A DNA stretch of 64,000 nucleotides from Octopus sinensis (GCF_006345805.1 NC_042997.1:33666001-33730000), one strand, 5' to 3'; positions 12,931 through 26,090 are shown, numbered from the stretch's first letter. Notes: a model not told the origin generated them from the sequence alone. A program made the numbers and translations.

Positions 12931-13139
12931 GGCAATCTTTCGTCTCTAGTAGACCTTTCCTAGTATGTGTGAAGAGACAGAGTAATGTGTGAAAGAAAGA
13001 GATAACTGAAATTTTTTACTCGGTGTATGTGTATATGTATGTATATTACTTCAAAAGTTCCCGCAAGCCCATATGTAAAAAAAAAATTAATTTTTTTACG
13101 GAAATCGACGGAAAGGTCTACTAGAGACGAAAGATCGCC
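12931..13139. mobile_element. MITE with about 30-bp TIRs
   Basis: ATCTTTCGTCTCTAGTAGACCTTTCC / GGAAAGGTCTACTAGAGACGAAAGAT. Confidence 0.75.
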
Positions 13140-13504
13140 CCAGTTATTCTAATTTCTTTGATATATACATGTAGTTCAGAAAGTTCATTTCATACGGACA
13201 AATGAAAACTATTTTAAATAGGAAAAGCTTTAGAAGAAATATTACGACAGTTTTGTACACAGCTGAGTGGGTTAGGATATGAATTCCTATTCCTGATATA
13301 CTGTATACAAGTTCATTATATATGTGTGTGTTTGTATGCATACACAGAATCGAGGGAGAAAAACCCAACAGATCTGAAGTGGGAAAGCTAAGCAATAAAA
13401 TTCACGACTTATAGTCTCAACTACAAATTTTGGTGGTTAATTAACTTAGTTGTCTATACACAACAATTCGTCTAAGCTTTTGAAATATTACATTTTAAAA
13501 TTAT

Positions 13505-13812
13505 TCTTTTATTTATTCCAGTCATTAGCCTGCGGCAATGCTGGTGCACCTCCTAGAATTTCTAGTCGAATGTATCTTTTTTTTTTTAAAGCCTGGTACT
13601 TATTCTCTATCGGTACTTTTACTGAACCGCTAAGTTACGTGGATGTAAACACCAGTTGTCAAGCGGTGGTGGTGACACACAACACACACACACATACGAT
13701 GGGCTTCTTTCAGTTTCTGTCTATCAAAGGCTTTGGTCGGTCCGAGGCTATAGTAGAAGACGCCCAAGGTGCCACGGTGTGGAACTGCACCCAGAACCAT
13801 GTGGTTGGGTAT
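13505..13812 (-). mobile_element. Degraded SINE family A
   Basis: Similarity to family consensus. Confidence 0.75.
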
Positions 13813-14645
13813 CGCTAATCATTGCTATTCAACTAGAACTCTGTGTGATGATGTACAAAAACATCTCGTAGACTATCTTAGTAACTACTACTATCAATAG
13901 TTATACCATGTCTTCTGTTTTCGTAACCTCCTTCTCTCCCTCATCTTGACTGTATTCTTTATCTCAGAATCAGTTTATTTACATAGTTACGGACTATTAG
14001 CGAGTTAGCAGAAACGATAAGTTGTACTGGATACGTTACAGTCTTTAGTTTGTTGTCGGCTCCAAGTTCTATTCTCAGAGGGGTCAACTTTGGCTTCGAT
14101 AACCTAATGATATATCTGGGTTCGATGTCTTTAACAAATAGCCTTGTGTCTAAGAAATCGATACCTACACAAGGCATTGTGTATTGATTATTGTGCTTTA
14201 GTTTTGGGCTCCAAATGTTCAAAGAACTTTCCCCATCACATTTTCAAACATGCAAATGTACTCAAGCTGATAAACGAGCATCTAGGTAGGCTTTCAGTTG
14301 CTAGAAATAGTAACAAAATCTGCAAATAATATCATCCTTTAAAGAAAATGACTCCTTGGATGATGTGATTTTTATGCACCGTACTTAAAACAACAATAAG
14401 AACAACACCCCCTTCTCCATCCCAGGATTGTCAAAACCTGGCAATCGTTTAATTATAGACTCTGCTGAATCAGATCTAACTTGAGTCAAAACAAATGTCT
14501 ACATAAACCATATATGCACGCATATTTTATTTATATATATCCAAATAAGCACACAATCAATAGACAGGTTAAGATATGGGATTTTATTTATAAACAGTAC
14601 AAAAACGCACATACATACTCAGATATATTTCTGATTATATATATG

Positions 14646-14685
<40 letters not shown>

Positions 14686-14688
<3 letters not shown>

Positions 14689-14868
14689 TCATCATCGTTT
14701 AACGTCCGTTTTCCGCGCTAGCACGGGTTGGACGGTTCGACCGGGGTCTGGGAAGCCAGGAGGCTGCACCAGGCTCCAGTCTGATCTGGTAGAGTTTCTA
14801 CAGCTGGATGCCCTTCCTAATGCCAACCACTCCGCTAGTGTAGTGGGTGCTTTACGTGCCACCGGCAC
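14686..14868 (-). mobile_element. Family C (RTE 3' UTR) short copy with (GAT)n tail
   Basis: Reverse complement of GAGTGGTTGGCATTAGGAAGGGCATCCAGCTGTAG...GATGATG. Confidence 0.85.
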
Positions 14869-16064
14869 AGATATATATATATATATACATACATACACAC
14901 ACTCACACACATGTATGTACACATTGAATATACACATCATGATCATCTTTCTACATCCGTTTTCCTTTTCATAGTTCGGATGGCTTGGTAGGCTCTGACA
15001 GAAAGGAGGACTGCGTCAGGGTCCATTCTCTGCTTTGCCATGATTTCTCCATCCTGATACCCTTCCTTATGCCAACAACTTCTCAAAGAGTATTGGTTAC
15101 TTTTCTCGCAGCACCAGCATTAGTGGGATTGCGTCTAGCTCACACTGTACAAGACATTTTTATTTTATTTTACAAACTCCAAGTGAGAAAGAATTATGTA
15201 GCAAAACCTGATTTTCTTTCAAGTCAACATTGAATGAATACATAATGGATATATATATAATCTCAATTGTTGTTTAGTCTTGTGCCATTATTATTTTGAT
15301 TTTCTTGCTGGGTCTGGAGGAAAGGGCAGTGCTTATAAGACAGATTTGGTGAAATTAATGTTGCTAACATTTTGCTTAACTTGTTTCAAGGAGGTTCTAG
15401 AGGGATGAAATCCAGGGTGGAAGTACTGGGTGTAATGTTTAGTGCAGAGCCTGGGGAGTTGCACACAACATGGTGATAAGAGGATGAGAGACAAGTGACA
15501 GGTGTGCCTGAATGGAGCTGGTACAAGACTAGACAGTATTCAAAGGTGGAACAGCTACGATCATCACATCTTTTATACAGACACATTGCATCTAGAACCT
15601 CATTATCCAATGTTCCTTTTCCTCTTTTATTTTATAAAAAATAGTGTAACAAGAGGAAAATTTGATTACCATTTCTATTTGGGTGACTATTGACGTAGAG
15701 GCTACCTGGTTAATTGATAAGGTGGTGATTTTTGTAAGTGTTGTTACAATGATAATTAAACAGTAGTCTGCTCAGGTCTTAGGGTTGTAGACCTCATTTT
15801 GCACAGGGGTTTATTATCCATCCAGTATTGTCTTCTTTTAGATATTTTTGTAGTCTAAGACCTCCCTTGTTAGATTTATTTAAGAAGTTTTCTGTTTATT
15901 GAGAACACAGTATGCTACTCATATTCTAATATTGACAATTTTTTTTGGAAAATGTATTTAAAATATAAGTATTATTTATACCTGATATGTTAGTTAATTT
16001 TTTGGCTCAGAAAGCAAAAAGCAAGGCCATGTAGGGGGACATGGAGTTATGTACAGGGTGATGT

Positions 16065-16372
16065 TCATGTAAATAGTTCAGGCCACTTGAGGTCAAGGGA
16101 GACTTTGAACCGAGCGGTCGTCGGCATATTCACCATCTCGTCTGGCAGCTTATTCCACGGATCCGCAACCCGGACAGAGAAAGCCCCTCTTCTTCGATTG
16201 AGATGAAATCGTCGCAGATAGAGCTTTTCGAAATGACCCCGCAGCTGACGCTCTGGAGCAGGAGTGAAGAACAGCTCTTTCGAGAGGTTACACTTTCCGC
16301 TTATGATGTTGTGAGCAAGAATGAGATCTCCACGGCATCGTTGTTTTTCTAGAGAATATAAATATTTTATTT
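16065..16372 (-). mobile_element. CR1-clade LINE 3' fragment
   Basis: RGDLILAHNI...LRGH..KL...RRGAFSVRVADPWNKLP matches the CR1 ORF2 C-terminus. Confidence 0.85.
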
Positions 16373-16602
16373 CTAAGAAATAAACAGCTGTGCTCCCTTG
16401 ACATTTACCGTTCCCTTGAAAACTCATAATGCCCCCAAGGAGATACTACCACCCAGATTAAGAACCAGTGTTGTCAACTGATACAGGATTAAGATGAGCA
16501 TTTGTATGACTTATTGGATATCTATCCAATCCATGTATGCATAGAAAACATGGATGTGAAAATGATGGTGTTGGTGATAACGTATCAAATTGAATTTACC
16601 AA

Positions 16603-16641
16603 ACGCTGAAGACAGGTCAATACCTAGAAACTGCAGTCCGT
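16603..16641 (+). ncRNA. Minimal type-I hammerhead ribozyme motif
   Basis: ACG-CTGAAGA-CAGG(TCAATA)CCTA-GAAA-CTGCAG-T-C-CGT: complete core, GUC site, palindromic helix III ACTGCAGT, 3-bp helix I; C.A mismatch closing helix II. Confidence 0.65.
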
Positions 16642-17564
16642 GCGTATCACTTAGGTTGACGAGGGAAGGATGACCTCCCTTTGCAAATACCATAAGGACA
16701 CAGAAAGTGTGCCTAAAGCCAGCTGGAGACGATGTTCTCCTGGGACTACAAGCTACAGTAACACCCACCCTTAGTGGTTAGCCATATTGAGATGGCAAGT
16801 ATACCTCACATATTTAATTTTTATTTTTCGAATAAGTTATAGAATTATAATGTATAGCTTCGTCACAGGATGGACACTTCTCAATTTTTAATTAGTTTGG
16901 CACATCATGATTAAACCCTTTCCATCTTATACCTAACGATGTGCCTCTAAATAATGTATAAATGTTCCAGTGTTTTGTTCACATCCTCTCTCAGAGACTC
17001 TAAGAGAGAGTGCTGTATTCAAGATTGAGTACTTTCTAAGCGATATAATTTTCTAGTAATAGTAGCAGTAGCAGCAATAAATGTTTCCAAGGTCCTTTTA
17101 AGCACTAAGCTAGAAGTGATACATTCCCCCTCTGGGAAATATACTTGTCATGGCTCTTCTTTCTAACAGATATGTAAAGTGAAGTACACAGAATTATGTA
17201 GCTTGTTTACCAAAACAACAAAATGCAGTGTGTACTACTGATTTGGCCAGCAGTTGTTTCCATTAAAATAGAGTCTATAGACTAGCTATTAGCATCTGAA
17301 TTAGCCTTTGTAACAAATATCAATTAGCACATGCAATCTAACTTGGATCAGCTAATTGATAGAGTCTATAGCTTTTCATTTTTACTATTGTTTTCCTTGA
17401 GGTCAAAATTGCATTCTTTTATTTTAAGATTTCTTGAATTGAAGTAAACAAGATCTATGATTTTGTAGTCTGAAGCCTTATTGGTTATTCCAGTCAGTAG
17501 TTTAGTGGAGTTCATCTTTCTTCGAACAGTAGTATATGGGAGTACTTGAAATCAGCACAGTATC

Positions 17565-17895
17565 TTTTATTTGTTTCAGTCATTAGACTGCGGCCATGCT
17601 GGGGCACCACCTTGAAGGATTTTTGATTGAATGAATTCATGCCAGTACTTATTTTTTTAAAGCCAGCTACTTATTCTATTAGTCTATTTTGCCAAACCTC
17701 TAAGTTATGGTGACATAAACACACCAACACCGGTTGTCAAGCAGTGTGTGTGTTACAAACACAGACACACACACATGATGGGATTCTTTCATTTTCCATC
17801 TACCAAATCCACTCACAAGGCTTTGGTTGACCCAAGACTATAGTCCTCAAGGTGCCATGCTGTGATACTGAACCCACAACCATACAGCTACACCT
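17565..17895 (-). mobile_element. Degraded SINE family A
   Basis: Similarity to family consensus. Confidence 0.75.
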
Positions 17896-19021
17896 GTACC
17901 TGGTTTGTTAACTAAACAACCTCAATTCTATAGTTATCATACTGTATATTGCTCTATGTTGTACTTATGCATGGTACCAATTTGTTGCCTGATAGACTGG
18001 GCCATTTAAAAGTCTTAGCCATAGGTATAACAGTGTGGACTACTGACTTGGCCTTCAGCTGTTTTAATTAAACTAGAATCAACAGGTTTTTTTTGTCATT
18101 TTTTTAAAACTTTACCCTTATGCTAATTTTACTCAAGCCTGAAGCAGAAATTATTTACTTTCTTGAACTGAACTATCAATAAGACATGCTTTTGTCTAGC
18201 AGATATTTTGCAACATCTTTGTTACAAGGTCTTAAACTGCCCTTGTTTCTGTTTTAAAGTGACTATAAAACTCTTAGGCAAATGATTCAACCCTCCAAGT
18301 ATTACAGTACGGTCCTTAGATATATCTGAAATAATACATTTGTGTCTTGCACCTTGCTTTGATATTAACCTATGGGCTATAGACCCGCTTGTTTGGAACT
18401 AAATTGGAGCTACACAATGACAGCGCTAGCAGACTCTCCGATTCTTTTAGTATTTTGTTCATTTGTGGTAGCAGCAGCTACTCACTTTAGGTATTCAATT
18501 GTTTGTTCCGTCGCTGAAAACTTTCACCATATTCTGCTATGATACTTCAAAAATAGAATCAACAAGTTTTTTTTTTTTTTGTCATTTATGCTAATTACTC
18601 AAGTATGAAGCAGAAATCATTTACTTTCTTGGATTGAACTATCAATATGACATGTTTTTGTCTAGCAGACACTTTGCTACATATTTGTTACAAGTTTTTT
18701 CTTTGTCCCTTTTGAAACCAACCTGCCTTAAACTACCCTTGTTTCTGTTTTAAAGTGATCCAGATTAAAACTTTCCATTAAAGTTTCATATTAATTTATG
18801 TTCTAAACACCAGCTTAATAATTACAAAAGTTATTTTACTAACCTCTTAATTATTATTTTCAAAATTAATGGAAACAAAGTCAGTGCTTGCTGACAGTAG
18901 TATGATAACAAAAGGGTTAAGTTTAGAATGAGGACTAAGTCATACACACCACATCAACTACTTGTACTACTATCAATCATATTTAGATGACATGACTGGA
19001 ATGTGCCAGATTTGGCCTTAA

Positions 19022-19619
19022 CCCTTTAGCATTCAGATTACTCGGTCAAATGTAATGCTTATTTATCCAGATTGTCTAAAAATTAATCAAGCATTATCTG
19101 ATGGTGGGGTTACTCTTTTACTTGTTTCAGTCATTTGACTGCGGCCATGCTGGAGCACCGCCTTTAGTCGAGCAAATCGACCCCAGGACTTATTCTTTGT
19201 AAGCCCAGTATTTATTCTATCGGTCTCTTTTGCCGAACTGCTAAGTTACAGGAACATAAACACACCAGCATCAGATGTCAAGCAATGTTAGGGGGACAAA
19301 CACAGACACACAAACACACACACACACATACATATATACGACAGGCTTCTTTCAGTTTCCGTCTACCAAATCCACTCACAAGGCATTGGTCAGCCTGGGG
19401 CTATAGCAGAAGACACTTGCCCAAGGTGCCATGCAGTGGGACTGAACCCGGAACCATGTGGTTGGTTAGCAAGCTACTTACCACACAGCCACTCCTATGC
19501 CTATTGTATATTTTTAGAATGAAATTGTAGGGTAGGTGTAAGTGGTCAGATCTAGCTGGTTTGAACATAAAACAGGTTGAATACTTGGGCTGGAAGCAAC
19601 CAGTTTACATGCTAAAGGG
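19022..19619. mobile_element. piggyBac-like MITE interrupted by SINE A (about 19110-19502, minus)
   Basis: TTAA|CCCTTTAGC...GCTAAAGGG|TTAA. Confidence 0.8.
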
Positions 19620-20339
19620 TTAAAGTATATTGCCCTCAAGATACATGTTCCCTTCTTTGTCCAAAGTATTTCTAGGACTACATTTTTTTTTCTCAAATCT
19701 GGGCAATGTTTTGTTCCATTTTTACCATTTGTAATGTTTGATGCTACAAAGTGAAACATGTATAATTCAATTCTACGAAAAAATGCATCTATTCAAGACT
19801 AAGACCCCTGTCGGCTCCTACTCCTCGTAATGATGGTGGTAGTGACTGTGGTAATTTTACTTTTAGCCCTTTCGTTACCCCCTTTTCCTTTTATTTCAAT
19901 TTAGTTTAAGCTGATGTTTGGAATGTGATATAACTTAAAATTGCAACAAGAGGTTTTAAGTATGAACACTTAAACAAAAAAATTTTGTATCAGAACTGAA
20001 GAGGGATCCCCAGACCCAATAAATTGATTCATTCTGGGTTTTTATTACACCATTCATGTAACCAAGTAAAATTAAAACTGACAATTTTACATCTCAGTTG
20101 ATTTTAAATTCTAATAATCCTATTGCTTCTTCTGACCAGAGAGGTAGTTATCCTCCTTGTTGTCAACGGATACTATGCTTCTCTTAAGGAAATAATGCTA
20201 AATATATGCAGCTTGATTAGTTTCACTACTAATTTGATATTAGTATGTTTCGTTCTAATAAAAATAAAAAAGTGTATTGCTTTTCTGATTCTGTATTTTC
20301 TTTAAGCCATCTTATTCGTTTTATAATTACAGATTCAAT

Positions 20340-20443
20340 ATGTCTAATGATGCTAAAGATGACAGTTTTGAAGAAATGGATAGTGAAGAAGATGAGGAGG
20401 TCACTATTATAGACACACAGTTGCCTAGCAACTGGCTGACAGC
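20340..20443 (+). CDS. LAGE3: LAGE3/Pcc1 coding exon (exon starts 20333; ATG 20340): MSNDAKDDSFEEMDSEEDEEVTIIDTQLPSNWLT(A)
   Basis: Acceptor TTACAG|, open acidic frame, ends phase 2 at a U12 donor GTATCCTTT; joins in frame to the Pcc1 exon giving WLTADVSIPF. Confidence 0.75.
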
Positions 20444-20704
20444 GTATCCTTTTTTTTCTTTCTGTTAATACTAGATTAATTTGTATTTATTTCCTTATTA
20501 AAGGTGGTGAGTTGGCAGAATCATTAGCACACTGGATAAAAATGCTTAGCATCATTTAGTCTGTCAACTTTGCCTTTCATCTTTTCAGGGTCAATAAAAT
20601 AAGTACCAGTGAAATACTGGGGTTGATGTAAGTCACTGATTTCTTTCCCACAAAATTTCAAGCCTTTGTGCCTGTTGCAGAAAAGATTCATATCCTCATT
20701 AAAT

Positions 20705-21292
20705 TCTTTATTACCACTGCCTTAGCAAAGGCGGAGGTATTGTTTCCAGTCATTTGTTTGTTTATTTGTCCGTGGACAGGATATCTCAAGAACTCGTGGA
20801 TGGATTCAGATGAAACTTTCAGGGATGTTTGGCCTTGTGACTGGCACAAATTGATTCGATTTTGGGATTGATCCAGTACTGGACAAGGATTGTAGATTAT
20901 TTGCTATATTTACTTTACATGATTATAATCTTATGTTAACTTTCAAGTCTTTCTCAATTATGTCCCTTTAGGCTGCAACTATTTTGAATGGTGAATTTAA
21001 CTTTGGCTTGTCTTAGATAAGAATAATCTATTTATTATTGTTAGAAAAATTTTCTACCGCCACTTTCATATTCCATGGGATTGATCAGGTACCGGACAAG
21101 GATTCTGGAATATTTTTCTGTTTTTTTAAATTAATTTTTGCGAGTGTTCAGGTCCAATTTTAGTATTCTTGTTCATGAGAGCAGTCGAGTTTATTTCAGA
21201 TATTCTCATTTTAAAAATCATCTCTGGTTAATCGTTGAGAGGACATTGGTGTTGCCTTAGAAGTTTGCGCTCTTTGAGTGCTCTTGTTTTAT
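20705..21292 (+). mobile_element. Helentron-associated (HINE/DINE-1-like) non-autonomous element
   Basis: 5' stem TACCACTGCCTT-AGC-AAGGCGGAGGTA, (TTTG)n, 3' GCGCTCTTTGAGTGCTCTTGTTTT; second copy at 41005-41352 minus. Confidence 0.6.
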
Positions 21293-21974
21293 TTACTTTT
21301 CTTTAATTTAAGATACATGTTAAGTATTTGGAGCTCTGAACTAGAAAATAAATAAGTTCTCTTCTGATTAATTTTTGTGGTTTATCTAATTTTGCCCTTA
21401 TTGTGTAGACATTTGATCAAAAGCATTCCACTTTTTTTAAGACCACATTATCCAATGTATATTTTCTTTTTTTACTTAAAGAAAGGTGTGATATAAGAGA
21501 GATAAGGCTGATGTTTCTAGCATATCAAGCAACCACATAGAGCAGTCATGGGAAGACTGTGGCCATTGGGATTACCTGAAAATTGAAAAATTATTTTGAA
21601 TTTTTTTTTAGTGGTAAGGCCAACCTGATGATGAGGCATGTCTCATGTGACTTGCTTGAAAAAGGTTACTCATGCCTGACACAGAGGCTCCCTCAGTGCA
21701 ATGGCTGTGAAATTAAGGTATTGATTTTCCAACATTTTGGTCATAAATTACTTCAGTTATTCTGATATAATTTAATACGATGATGATGATGATGAATTCC
21801 CCCTGCTTGAATTTGCCTGGTTGACATAAAACAAGTTTCTACTCTGTACTTTCACTTTTGTATGGTTGGCAGTAGCAAGGGCATCATGCTGTTAAACCAG
21901 TTGCTCCAACAAATTCTTCCTTGGAAGCATGGGAAAAGTGGATGTAAAACTATCGTGACATTTTTATATCTGAT

Positions 21975-22372
21975 ATTCTCATGGCTTCTTTCCTAGTTGG
22001 TCCTTAGTTTACATGCATCATGTGTACCTTTCACTGCTGAGATCCCTTTCGGTCATGACTGACCATGGGATTGCACCTAGAAAGTTACCCTCCCAGACAC
22101 AAGTCTGGGTAGAGTTGTTTATGGAAGACCAGCAGTCGCCCATGCATACCAGCCTCCACTCTCCATGCCACCAATTTTATCCAAGAGAAAGGCAAAGGCT
22201 GATACAGCTTGGCACCTGTGACATCGCAACTCATTTCTACAGCTGAGTGAACTGGAGCAACGTGAAATAAAGTGTCTTGCTCAAGAACATAACACGTAGC
22301 CCAGTCTGGGATTTGAACTCACAACCTCACGATCGTTAGCTCGACGCTCTAACCACTGAGCCATGCGCCTTC
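21975..22372 (-). mobile_element. tRNA/CORE SINE family D
   Basis: Head GGCGCATGGCTCAGTGGTTAGAGCG...GAGTTCAAATCCC then CTTGAGCAAGACACTT. Confidence 0.8.
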
Positions 22373-22957
22373 ACAACCTTTCACTATTGTCATACTATAC
22401 AGTTTTCATCTTATATATAACCTTTTCATATTACATATTTATACTAGAGTAGTCTTCTCTTTTGCATATAATGATTGAAGCCTGGTGCAGCCATCTGGTT
22501 CGCCAGCCCTCAGTCAAATCGTCCAACCATGGTAGCATGGAAAGCGGATGTTAAACGATGATGATGATGATGTAGTTTAAGCTGTGTCCTATAGTTTAAC
22601 TCATTTAACACAGTTTTTTAATGTTAATCTGACTTTTGTGACATTTCAGTGTTATAACAAGGAGTTATAAATAATCTTCTGTTATAGGAGCAGTGTGAAG
22701 GAAGGGGAAAAATAAGTTTATTGATTAAACACAATCAAGAGATCAAAGGTTTTTTTTTTAAAAACAATGAAATTGTAAATTGCTATACTTCGATTTTTAT
22801 CTGAGAGGCATGATTTTTATAAGTGAATTGAAGTGTATCCAAATGGGGATTGAATTTGGGCTGCAGCTCTGGTTCCACTTAGTTACTCTTACCTTCTCTT
22901 CTAAAATATGAGTACTCATGTCATTCCTCTACAGCAAGAAACCTTTTTCTGCTGTGG

Positions 22958-23182
22958 CCCTTTCATACTTATTTCTTTACTACCCACAAGGGGCTAAACA
23001 CAGAGGACAAACAAGGACAGACACACGGATTAAGTCGATTATATCGACCCCAGTGCGTAACTGGTACTTATTTAATCAACCCCAAAAGGATGAAAGGCAA
23101 AGTCAACCTCGGCGGAATTTGAACTCAGAACATAACGCTGAGCATTTCGTTCGGCGTGCTAACGTTTCTGCCAGCTCGCCGC
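22958..23182 (-). mobile_element. SINE family B
   Basis: Full head and tail. Confidence 0.88.
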
Positions 23183-23963
23183 CTTTCATACTTTTTGCCA
23201 TCTTTTGCTCCTCATCTACTGGCATGAAATTGTCCCCTTGGGACTCACCCTCTTTGAAACCCTCACTAATGCTGTTGTTGTTAAGCAACAAGACAGGTAA
23301 GGGTGATTAGGTGATGGTCTAGGGCTTAGGGGCAGGAGACCCTGGACCTTAGAAAAAAAAAACTACGGTCGTCTTGTACTCAAGGGCTCTAGGACAACAC
23401 TAGGAGGTGGCCCCCGAAGTCGCTAGAAATGGAGATCTCCAGGCCCAAATTCTTGAACGGTCCTCACTATTGCTGGTGGCATGAAGCAAACGCTTAGTAC
23501 ACACTGTGAAGAGGTTAGCATGAGGAAGGGCATCTAGCCAGAGCAACCATGCCAAAGCAGACTCTGGAACAAGATGCAGTCCTTGGGCCCATCATGTCCA
23601 AATCATGCCAGCATGGAACATAGACTGACGTTAAGAGATGATGATGATGATACCAGTGGAGAATAACAAACAACAGTAAGACTCTCTTATATGGGCATAG
23701 AGAGTACACTGAAACAGGTTTCTAGGTTATGAGACAACTAGCTGATAAGTCAACAGTTTATGTCCTGCTTTTGCTCCACCTTGCACTGTCTCTGCCAAGC
23801 TGATCTGTCCTAAATACAATAACTGAAGGCAAAGTCTTGGTGATATTGTAACAACCCAATAGATTATGTAACTCACTTTATAACCATAAAAACAGATTTT
23901 TAGAAAAGGAATGAAGAGAATTTATGATTGTCTTTTTGTTTTTTCAGAAAGACTTTAGAGATA

Positions 23964-24243
23964 TCTCTCTCTATATAAACGGCAGTCTGTGTGTCTGTCA
24001 GGTTGTACCCTCACCCTGACCACGGCTTTCAACCGATTCTGATGAAACTTGACACACACATAGCCCAATGTCATAATTCAAAACTAACGCAGTGAAAATT
24101 TTGAAAAGTTCCCCCAGTTCTGAAAAAAATCCATAAATTCGACCATGCACCTTCGTTCCCTAGAGGGAAAGGACTAGATTGGGATTAGTCGTTGTCTACT
24201 AGGGGCTCTTACATACCTGGGTAACACTGGGCTATGCTGCTAG
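23964..24243 (+). mobile_element. Non-autonomous Helitron, family H2
   Basis: A|TC start, 3' hairpin CCTGGGTAACACTGGG, CTAG|T end. Confidence 0.75.
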
Positions 24244-24959
24244 TTACAGATAAATGAGTGAAACTGGGAGTAAAAATCAGGGTGAAAATTTGACCTGTAT
24301 TACTTTCTTTTTTGTGGCTGCTACCCTAAAAAATTTGATATGGCAACAGCAGCAGCCGTGGTGGTGGTAGTAGTAGTAGTAGTAACAGCAGTAGCAGCCG
24401 TAGTAGTGATAACAGTGGCAACACCTGTATTCATTTTGCATCATCTTCCTTTACATGTTTTGATACACAAATAGTAGCATCAGTATCTAATAGTATCTCA
24501 TAAAAATAGCTTTCTTTTGTTGTAATTTGTAATGTAGATATAAAGATTATATGTAACGAAGGAAGCCAAAATATAAATAAATAAACACAATAAATAAATA
24601 AATAAACCAAGCGATAAGTATATAACAAAAAAGTGGTCTGACTTTTTTGCTTTTACTGATTATCAGAATAATTATCTTTATAGGTAAGTAGAACCTGAAA
24701 GAGATAATAGTATTGTTTCGACAGTTGCTGTTGTTGTTGTAAATAGGTTTTATAAAGAGATTGTGAATTTGGTAATTCTTCATAGGCTACCCGAAGAGAA
24801 ATTCTTATGCAGTTATTAGGGTCGGGCCCTTAGCCTTGCTACATCATATCAGAGCTGTATCATTAAGTAAGGTACATAACTCTGCCCGCTTAAGTTTTCT
24901 AGTCTCCGGCCACCCGACAGATCTGATTAAAAATGTTCCAACTGTGGCTATCCCGTCTA

Positions 24960-25371
24960 TTTTTCGGTTTGAACGGCAGTTTTTTTCTAGCGGTGTCATA
25001 TGAAATTGTCACCCATAATTATGACCCTTGTATCGATCTATTGCATTTCAATCTGGGTTAGGATTAGGGGTGGGAGGAAGGGTATCTTTTTTCTTCACAA
25101 ATGTAAATAAACCCAATGTGTTTCTTAAACGAAGGACATATTCATACGGCACATAATTTTTTCACCTCAATAGACGTCATTGATTGGTTGAAATTGCAGA
25201 AATTGAAGAAAAAAAACCCCCAACAAATATCTTACAAACTATAGAATTTTCTCAATAAAGCCAAGAGAAAAATATGTTTTATGTAACACATTCTACCAGT
25301 ATACGAAGTTTAAAAGTGTTTAGTTACGTGGAAATTATTTTAAAAACTGCCGTTCAAACCGAAAAGATCCG
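24960..25371 (+). mobile_element. MITE family T, third copy (left TIR eroded)
   Basis: Near-identical to 11151-11565. Confidence 0.8.
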
Positions 25372-25666
25372 CATTGTGTAACTAGGATTACGTTATCTTA
25401 TGTTTTCCTTTTATATTAGGACGATTGGATATGATTTGAGAGTGGAGGTAGTGGCTGCGTTTGATAACAGGCCGATCATTTAGCAGCTTAAGGGTTTGGT
25501 TTAATTTCCGTTAATAGGTGACACGTAGGTTCAACTTTTATTTCATTGCCTACATGAAGTTAAATTACTGCGAGTATAGCGTTGAATTATTGACTACCCG
25601 ACTTCTAACATTGCTGTTAACGTATTATGTTGCACCAGGAAACAAGGTACATAACTCTGCTAGCGT

Positions 25667-26090
25667 CATTGTTTCTTATTTGTTTACTACCCACAAGGGG
25701 CTAAACACAGAGGGGACAAACAAGGACAGACAAGCGGATTAAGTCGATTATATCGACCCCAGTGCATAACTGGTACTTAATTTATCGACCCCGAAAGGAT
25801 GAAAGGCAAAGTTGACCTCAGCGGAATTTGAACCCAGAACGTAGCGGCAGACGAAATACCTATTTCTTTACTACCCACAAGGGGCTAAACACAGAGAGGA
25901 CAAACAAGGACAGACAAACGGATTAAGTCGATGACATCGACCCCAGTGCGTAACTGATACTTAATTTATCGACCCCAAAAGGATGAAAGGTAAAGTCGAC
26001 CTTGGTGAAATTTGAACTCAGAACGTAACGGCAGACGAAATACCGCTAAGCATTTCGCCCTGCGTGCTAACGTTTCTGCCAGCTCGCCGC
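25667..26090 (-). mobile_element. SINE family B head plus two tandem body units
   Basis: Junction GAAATACCTATTTC at 25853-25866. Confidence 0.88.

Noticed and set aside
24320-24430. Minus-strand Thr/Ala-rich mini ORF
   Set aside because: (TAG/CAG)n trinucleotide tract; 36 codons, no homology
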